Assembly: GCA_000002435.2 (NCBI GenBank)
Contig: CM018792.1
Reading direction: 5' to 3' (one strand)
From: Giardia intestinalis
Taxonomy: Eukaryota
DNA length: 64,000 bases
The notes under the pieces are model-generated. The model was not told the origin of the DNA. It was given only the letters and a program-made list of their open reading frames with translations, and ran no database searches. Shown piece after piece: positions 58,117 to 64,000 of this stretch (positions are counted from its first letter, which is position 1; each line of letters opens with the position of its first letter). The position numbers and the translations under genes are program-made.

Positions 58117-60627
58117 ATGGATTCTGCGCCACTCGCCGTCGCGATCCGGGAGCACGTCCCGGGCCCGAGGCCCCCGCCGCGGCCGTCCGGGGGGCGGTCC
58201 CTCTTCGCGCAGGCCGTGGCCGCCGGGGCCGGGCAGACCGGAAGGCCCTTCGCCCTCGGGCAGCCCCCGCCGCGCGCCCCGGCCCCAGCGCCGCCCCGGG
58301 GCCCCCCACCGCCCCCCGCCGCAGAGGACCCGGGCGGGCCCCTCCTCGGGTACGGGGGCGCCGCAGACCCGGAGGCCGTCCCGTTCTGCAGCGCGGCGGA
58401 CATCGGGCTCCTCTGCCGGTCGACGAACCCCGCTCAGCGCGAGTACGGGCTCCGGATGCTCGCGAACGCCGTCGCGCTCCGGCGCGTCCGGGACGGCGGC
58501 GCCCCCGATCCCGTCCTCGAGGCCCTGCTCTGCCTCCCCGCCGACCCGCACGCGTGCCCCTCGTCTGCCGGCCACCTCCTCCTCCTGGGCCTGCGAGACG
58601 CCCTGGAGTCCGGGAGCCCCGGCCTCCTCGACGCCGCCCTCTCCGGCCTCGCCACGGTCTTCGTCGCCGACGAGGGCTTCCTCAGCGAGACCGTCCACGT
58701 CGGGGCCGCGCTGCTCGGGCTGACGTCCAGCTCGGTCGCCTTCCCCCTCGGCTCCCTGCTGCGGCGGCTCGTCGAGCACGGGCTCCCGGGGCTCCTGGGC
58801 CAGGCCCTCGACGCCGCCGCGCGCGCAGACGAGCGGCGCCGGGAGCGGCTCGCCCACAGCGCGTACCTGCTGGCCGAGCGCGTGCTCATCGGCTGCTGCC
58901 CCGCAGACGAGCCCCCGGAGACCGCCGCCGGCCTGCGGGCCCTCGCGGAGCGGCTCCTCGCGGCGCTCCTGGGCGAGCTCGCCGGGCTGGCGGAGACGGG
59001 GGCCTTCCTGACGACCGCCTCCCGCGTCGCCCTCCGGACGCTCTGCTACGACCACGTCCTCGACGGCCACGCGCTCGGCCGGGACGCCGTCGCCCTCCTC
59101 GTCGAGTCCCTCGAGGCGTTCGTCGGGGCGCTCCCCGGCCAGGACGAGGCGGTCCGCACAGAGCTCCTCTCGGCCGCCACGCTCCACTACCTCCTCGTCG
59201 CCCGGGTCCTGCGGGGGAGCCCCGAGCTCTGCGCCCTGCACGCGGCCGTCTCTGCGACGTGCGCCGCCGCCCTGGAGCGCCACGCCCCGGCCGCCCCCGC
59301 GGAGCTCAGCGCGCTCCTCGTCCTGCTCCGGATCCTCCGGGCCCGGGCCGCCGTCCCCCGCGCGCGCCTGGGGCTCTCGGAGGCATGCTTCCGGCGGCTG
59401 GTCGACTGGCGGGCCCCGCCCGAGGCCGGGGGCTTCGCGCTGCCTCGGGGGCCCTCCGCGGCGTTCGCCCCGTTCTACGCCCTCGCGGCCGTCCAGTGGC
59501 GCGGCCCGGGCGAGTGGGGCGCGGCGGAGGCCTGGGTCGGCTGCGTGATGGACGTCCTCGCCAGCGGGCCCCCGGTCGCGCGCTGGGCGCCCCCGGCCGT
59601 CGACGCCCACCGGCGGGCAGGCGTGCTCCCGTGCGCGGTGACCGACGCAGGGGTCGCCCTCGCGCTCCTCGTCGCGGCCCTGGCGGCCGTCTGGGGCCCC
59701 GGGCTCCCGTTTGCCGCCGGCCTCGCCGAGCGGGTCGGGGAGCGCCTGGCAGGGCTCCCGGCCGAGTTCCGGTTCGTCGTCGCGTTCCCGCTCGCCCGGC
59801 TCCTCCCCCCGCTGCCCGCTATCGAGTGCGGGCTCTACCCGAACGCGGCGCTCCTCGGGGCGCTCCGGGCCGTCACGGGCCACCCGGGCTACGACCCCGC
59901 GGCAGAGGCGCTTGCGCACGTCGACGCCCGCTGCCCGTGCCCCGCGCTCGCGGCCCTCCACGCGGCGTGCGTGCTCGCCTCGGACGGGATGCGGCGCGAC
60001 GGGGCGTGGCGGCTCGCGGTCCTCCGGCTCGCGCTGCAGCGCCTGGCCGGGCTGGAGACCGCAGGGGCCGCCCGGGGCCGCGTCCTCGCGTACGGGCTCC
60101 TCTGCGTCCTCGACACGCTGACGGGCGTCTGTCGCCTCCCCCCGGACGCCGCGGCCCTCCTCGCGGAGACGCTCGCCGGGGTCCTCCGCCTCGCCCGCGC
60201 AGGCCCCGCCCCCGCCGCCGAGCTCCTCTACGCAGCGCCCGCCGGGGGGCTCCGGACGCTCGACGCCGCCGCCGGCGCGTTTGTCGAGGGCCTCCACGGG
60301 GGCGCGGCGGTGCTCCCCGAGGCCCCGCTCGTCTACCTCGCGCTCCTCCACCCGCAGCTCGTCCCGGACCCCCGCCGCCGGGCAGAGCTCTGGTCCGGGC
60401 TCGCGCTCCTGCGGCTCGACTTCGCGGCGCTCGACGGGGGCCTCCTCGCGGGGCTCTGCGAAGACGACCCCGCGCCCGTCCTCGCGTGCCTCGCGTGCTA
60501 CGAGCGCCGCGCAGAGACCGCCCTGTCGCGCCGCGTCCTCGCCCGGTACGCAGAGGCCCACCGGGGGCAGAGGCCCGACCGGGTCGTCGTCGCGGCCGTC
60601 GAGGAGGCCCTCCGACCAGCGGGCTAG
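58117..60627 (+). CDS. cassette gene C, copy 2 (836 aa)
   Basis: The ORF is intact, with one replacement (Q->R) and 6 synonymous differences relative to copy 1. Confidence 0.8.
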   Translation: MDSAPLAVAIREHVPGPRPPPRPSGGRSLFAQAVAAGAGQTGRPFALGQPPPRAPAPAPPRGPPPPPAAEDPGGPLLGYGGAADPEAVPFCSAADIGLLCRSTNPAQREYGLRMLANAVALRRVRDGGAPDPVLEALLCLPADPHACPSSAGHLLLLGLRDALESGSPGLLDAALSGLATVFVADEGFLSETVHVGAALLGLTSSSVAFPLGSLLRRLVEHGLPGLLGQALDAAARADERRRERLAHSAYLLAERVLIGCCPADEPPETAAGLRALAERLLAALLGELAGLAETGAFLTTASRVALRTLCYDHVLDGHALGRDAVALLVESLEAFVGALPGQDEAVRTELLSAATLHYLLVARVLRGSPELCALHAAVSATCAAALERHAPAAPAELSALLVLLRILRARAAVPRARLGLSEACFRRLVDWRAPPEAGGFALPRGPSAAFAPFYALAAVQWRGPGEWGAAEAWVGCVMDVLASGPPVARWAPPAVDAHRRAGVLPCAVTDAGVALALLVAALAAVWGPGLPFAAGLAERVGERLAGLPAEFRFVVAFPLARLLPPLPAIECGLYPNAALLGALRAVTGHPGYDPAAEALAHVDARCPCPALAALHAACVLASDGMRRDGAWRLAVLRLALQRLAGLETAGAARGRVLAYGLLCVLDTLTGVCRLPPDAAALLAETLAGVLRLARAGPAPAAELLYAAPAGGLRTLDAAAGAFVEGLHGGAAVLPEAPLVYLALLHPQLVPDPRRRAELWSGLALLRLDFAALDGGLLAGLCEDDPAPVLACLACYERRAETALSRRVLARYAEAHRGQRPDRVVVAAVEEALRPAG

Positions 60628-60634
60628 CGTTCAC

Positions 60635-61564
60635 TCAATCAGGGGCACCTGACCCCAGGGCGGCCCGCAGGCCCGCGACCTCCCCCCGGAGCCGGGCGAC
60701 CTCGTCCTCCAGGGCCTTGAAGCGCAGGGCCGTCGCGACCGCAGGCGCCCCGCCCTCTGCGTCGAGGAGCTCCACGAGGGCCGCGGCGGTGAGGCGGCGC
60801 TCCGGCTCCAGGACGAGGAGGTGGGCGAGGACGCCCCGGACGACGGGGTCCCCGACCGCGCCCAGGTCCGGCCGCCAGCCCGCGACGTAGACCTCCGCGG
60901 GGGCCCGCCCGGAGAGGAACGGGGGCCTGCCGCCCGCCGCGAGCTCGTAGGCGACCATCCCGAGGCTCCACATGTCCGCGGCCGGCGTGTGGCTCCCGCC
61001 CCGCAGGACCTCCGGCGCGGCGTAGACGGGGACGGCCATGGAGGCGAGCCCCCCGGGGCCCTCCCTGCAGAGCCCGAAGTCGGAGATGGCGAACTCCGCC
61101 CCGGCCTCGTCGAGGAGGACGTTCGCGGGCCGCAGGTCGCAGTGCGTGAGGGCGGGGAGCGGGGCGCCCGCGGCGTCGGTCTTCCCGGGCCGGTGGAGGT
61201 AGGCGAGCCCCGCGCCCACCTGGCGGAGGACGGCGACGACCATCTCGCGCAGGGCGAGCTGCCTTCTGCGGCGGAGGCTCCGGATGGCCCCGTCGAGGGA
61301 GCCTGCGTAGCGCCGCATCTCGACGTAGATGTAGCCCTCGTGCCGGACGACGCGCCCGTACTCGACGACGTTCGGGTGGCGGAGGCGCGGGAGGGTCCGG
61401 AGCTCGAGCTCGAGCGAGGCCTGCGCGTCGGGGGGCAGCCCGTCGGTCGGGATCTCCTTGACCGCCCTGTCGGGGGCGCTCTTCAGGCCGTAGACGGTCC
61501 CGTGGGCCCCGCTCCCGAGCTCTGCGCCCAGGTCTTCGAGGAGGGCGTCGATGGCCTCGGACAT
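60635..61564 (-). CDS. cassette gene D, NEK-like kinase, copy 2
   Basis: The ATG at 61564 follows 'attaaaaag'. There is one replacement (P->L). The 15-codon upstream extension in the track ORF (start 61609) is created by the 8-bp insertion and lacks an initiator. Confidence 0.9.
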   Translation of the reverse strand: MSEAIDALLEDLGAELGSGAHGTVYGLKSAPDRAVKEIPTDGLPPDAQASLELELRTLPRLRHPNVVEYGRVVRHEGYIYVEMRRYAGSLDGAIRSLRRRRQLALREMVVAVLRQVGAGLAYLHRPGKTDAAGAPLPALTHCDLRPANVLLDEAGAEFAISDFGLCREGPGGLASMAVPVYAAPEVLRGGSHTPAADMWSLGMVAYELAAGGRPPFLSGRAPAEVYVAGWRPDLGAVGDPVVRGVLAHLLVLEPERRLTAAALVELLDAEGGAPAVATALRFKALEDEVARLRGEVAGLRAALGSGAPD

Positions 61565-62019
61565 CTTTTTAATCCGCGACTGGGCGATTGGGTGATTGGG
61601 CGGGCTCAATCGCTTGGGCTCAGACTGAGATACCGCCTAGCTGAGCGCCGCTCAATGAGGGTGATCGGGCGGAATTGAACGAAAAGGAAAGGACCCGACC
61701 ATCGTTCCAGAGATGGCTTGACCGAGTTCGCCTGTCGACTAGGATCAGATCAGGCAGCTAGTACTGGACTACTCACTATCAATATGTATTCTATCACTGG
61801 AGTTATGGAACAGCTAAGTGAAGTCTATATTCTTAAGATGAATCTTAATTGTCAATAATTGATGTTTACAAATCTGGAGTCTCTGCATCTTAGGTCAATC
61901 CTAAATAGGTAAATATGAGCATGTCCAGATAAAGTTTACTGTCAACCCACATAGTAAGATAAGTTAAAGCAGATTACGACCTCCGAGGTTGAAAGAGGGA
62001 ATGCTTGTTGATGACCTCA

Positions 62020-63588
62020 TTATGGATGCAGTGACGTATTTTCACTTTTCCGTGAGCGGTCCTTCTTTTTCCCACAGCAAAATATGTAGGACACCAAAGC
62101 AATCACTGCAACCAGAATCGGAATAAGTACAAATACAACTATGATACCATTGCTCCTGAGGAAGCTAGATGTCTGAGGGGGGTCAACATCCAAAGCATGC
62201 TCATTCCCTCGCTGAAGAATGTCAGTCCAGACGTTGTCTTCAAGTGTGGGTGCTCTATTGGCATACAATTGATTCGCGTCTTTTCCTTTTAAGGGGAAAT
62301 ACTTTGGTATTTCTGAGTACAGTTCCTGTTCGGTGCACAGTGAGTTCTTCCCGATTGGAGCGTAGAAGTGGCCTTTGCTGCCCCAGTCATCGCCCCAGGA
62401 GTTGCGAACGATCCAGACGTCAATTCCGTTCCGTTTTCCGTACCCTACTATCGTTACTTGATGATCTATAGTCGTATTTTTGCAAGGAACATCAAGAATG
62501 CCTGACTTGTAAGTATGTAGAATCGCTTCAGTTTCTTCTTTTCCATTAGAAATAGTGTTCACAGTAATGACAATGGGGATTCCGCGTGCAAGGAGAGACT
62601 TTGCAACCTTAACGGCGTTCTTAAAGCTATTCTTCTCGAGATATTTGTCATAAACACGAATAAGAGCTGTCTGACAATTAGCCGCAGGTACTATGTTACC
62701 AGGAAGAAACGCTTTTTTAACCTTCATTGATGTGCTGTTCTCTATGCTAGAAGGATTAGCGGATAAATTAACGGCGGTTAAGGGAAAGTTGGTCAACGAC
62801 TCAAGCGTATCTAACCCTTGTTGGTTAGCATAGTCACGAGAAACTCTTAGATAATTACCACCTTCGCAATAATGATTGGCTGGATATGACCTGTTCATGA
62901 TGTACTGCTCTGAAGCCTTGAAGTGAGGGTCCTTGAAGGCATCGTCAATGGTGGAGTCTGACTGAAAGTAATTTCTGGTCAGTCGGACCGATATTTCATA
63001 GAACGCAGCAGAAGCCATTGCCCAGCAGCAGCCACAAGAACCCTGATCTCTAGCTAGATCGATCAAGCCGAGTTCTCGCAAGTCGACAGATGGGGGGAGA
63101 GAAGACAGTGTAGTCAGGGGATTCTTGCGAGAGAAGGCAAATGTCTTGCAATCATAGTTACTCCTCTGAGAGTTCGCAGAAGTAGAGCGACTAAGTTTGA
63201 GCAAGAGCCGCTTGACCGAGAAGGAGAACCGGCGCCAGGGGGTGCTTAGATCAATCATGTCAGCAGGATCAATCGGCACGTACCCATTCTGGCTGATATC
63301 GCGGTTAAGAGTGGGGTTGAGGCCGTATTTAACTGACCCCTCTGTGCGCTCGAGAATGTTGCGGAGGTGACTGAGGTTCTGCGCGTGGCCAGCCCCAAGA
63401 AGAGCCAGATTCTTGCGAAAGTGCTCCAGCGCCGTCTCATACTCCTCAGCGGACCTGTAGAAGTGGGCAAAGTGTGCGTTAAACTCGTCAAAGAGGGTAG
63501 CATCCCCGCGTAGACTATCGATATTTTCGACGCGAGCAAAGGAAACTCCTAGCCAAAAGATTGTTGTGGCACAAAGCATCGACACCAT
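62020..63588 (-). CDS. papain-family (C1) cysteine protease with I29-like prodomain and C-terminal membrane anchor
   Basis: The signal peptide is MVSMLCATTIFWLGVSFA. The prodomain is F..F...Y.S.EEY......F..N. The active-site residues lie in QGSCGCCWAMA (Cys), DHQVTIVGYG (His) and VRNSWGDDWG (Asn). The C-terminal hydrophobic span is IIVVFVLIPILVAVIALVSYIF, followed by CCGKKKDRSRK. Confidence 0.85.
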   Translation of the reverse strand: MVSMLCATTIFWLGVSFARVENIDSLRGDATLFDEFNAHFAHFYRSAEEYETALEHFRKNLALLGAGHAQNLSHLRNILERTEGSVKYGLNPTLNRDISQNGYVPIDPADMIDLSTPWRRFSFSVKRLLLKLSRSTSANSQRSNYDCKTFAFSRKNPLTTLSSLPPSVDLRELGLIDLARDQGSCGCCWAMASAAFYEISVRLTRNYFQSDSTIDDAFKDPHFKASEQYIMNRSYPANHYCEGGNYLRVSRDYANQQGLDTLESLTNFPLTAVNLSANPSSIENSTSMKVKKAFLPGNIVPAANCQTALIRVYDKYLEKNSFKNAVKVAKSLLARGIPIVITVNTISNGKEETEAILHTYKSGILDVPCKNTTIDHQVTIVGYGKRNGIDVWIVRNSWGDDWGSKGHFYAPIGKNSLCTEQELYSEIPKYFPLKGKDANQLYANRAPTLEDNVWTDILQRGNEHALDVDPPQTSSFLRSNGIIVVFVLIPILVAVIALVSYIFCCGKKKDRSRKSENTSLHP

Positions 63589-64000
63589 AGCACGCTATCT
63601 TTAAAAGTTGTGCAAATTTTACACTTGCTTATAATTGTAAATATAAGCATTTCTTTAATTGTACTGTAAAAGAAGATTTATCGGAAACAGAGCACAGTGG
63701 GGTCAAGGAGACGCACAATCAGAGTGGTCATATTTCCTGCAATATTCCATTTTTCCAAGAAAAATCTTGACCAAAACAATGAAGACTGACGTGTAGATAG
63801 ATCGATTGGAGATTGGGGCCGTTGCAAATCATCACGTGAGCAGAAGCGTGAAGAAGACGTTCCGCTTTCGACAAGTGCAGATTAAAAAAGTCAGGCAGAT
63901 AGGACCTTTTTGCTGCTTACGTGCTCAGGCTCATGGCTATCAGTTTTCTATGTTACACATCTATCGATGGGCGTATAAAGAGGCTACAATTGGTTTCAAA

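Larger units (their letters stand above)
56304..61624. repeat. GC-rich four-gene block, copy 2 (5321 bp)
   Basis: Direct repeat of 18004-23316, differing by 15 substitutions and an 8-bp insertion. It sits in A/T-rich, ORF-poor DNA on both sides. Confidence 0.95.

Noticed and set aside
1-64000. Prokaryotic-type features: CRISPR arrays, operons with Shine-Dalgarno sites, rRNA or tRNA genes.
   Set aside because: No spaced direct-repeat arrays were seen. By eye I found no tRNA-like cloverleaf/T-loop motifs (GGTTCGAATCC-type) or rRNA-like segments. The gene content is eukaryotic. A tRNAscan/Infernal run would be needed to exclude small RNAs formally.

Overview
This is a gene-dense stretch of eukaryotic chromosome with no evident introns. 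Several features point to a diplomonad, most likely a Giardia species. This is an inference, since I cannot run a search. The features are intergenic spacers of only tens of bp, A/T-rich initiators directly in front of ATGs, AGTRAAY-type poly(A) signals at or overlapping stop codons, standard stop codons, and the gene content. That content includes WNK and NEK-like kinases, 'protein 21.1'-style ankyrin proteins, a secreted cysteine-rich EGF-like protein, PACRG, a kinesin and a papain-family protease. Recognisable housekeeping genes include a HIT hydrolase, RPC3-like, an exosome RNase-PH-like subunit, NOG1, INO80, DCC1-like, asparaginase, RPL31, RPL23A, RPS14, acylphosphatase and YIF1. The ORF track uses non-ATG starts, so I re-anchored several genes on their first ATG.

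The outstanding feature is a ~5.3 kb block of extreme GC content present twice in direct orientation, 38,300 bp apart, at 18004-23316 and 56304-61624. Sampled 60-nt lines give 73-80% GC inside the block and 35-48% in the flanks. My full manual alignment found 15 substitutions and one 8-bp indel between the copies. All six frames are open inside the block. Even so, GC3, the few surviving A/T islands and the between-copy substitution pattern resolve four genes. They are a helical protein (A, minus strand), an acidic Pro-rich protein (B, plus), an 836-aa alpha-helical-repeat protein (C, plus) and a NEK-like protein kinase (D, minus). All four use host-style initiators and poly(A) signals.

In copy 1, gene A reads in frame out of the GC-rich block into about 111 codons of host-composition DNA. 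In copy 2 it is truncated at the repeat edge. I see no transposase, reverse transcriptase, integrase, TIRs or LTRs.

A second notable item is a free-standing gene at 7985-9307 that aligns end to end with the yeast VMA1 intein / HO endonuclease family, with the splicing and LAGLIDADG catalytic residues replaced.
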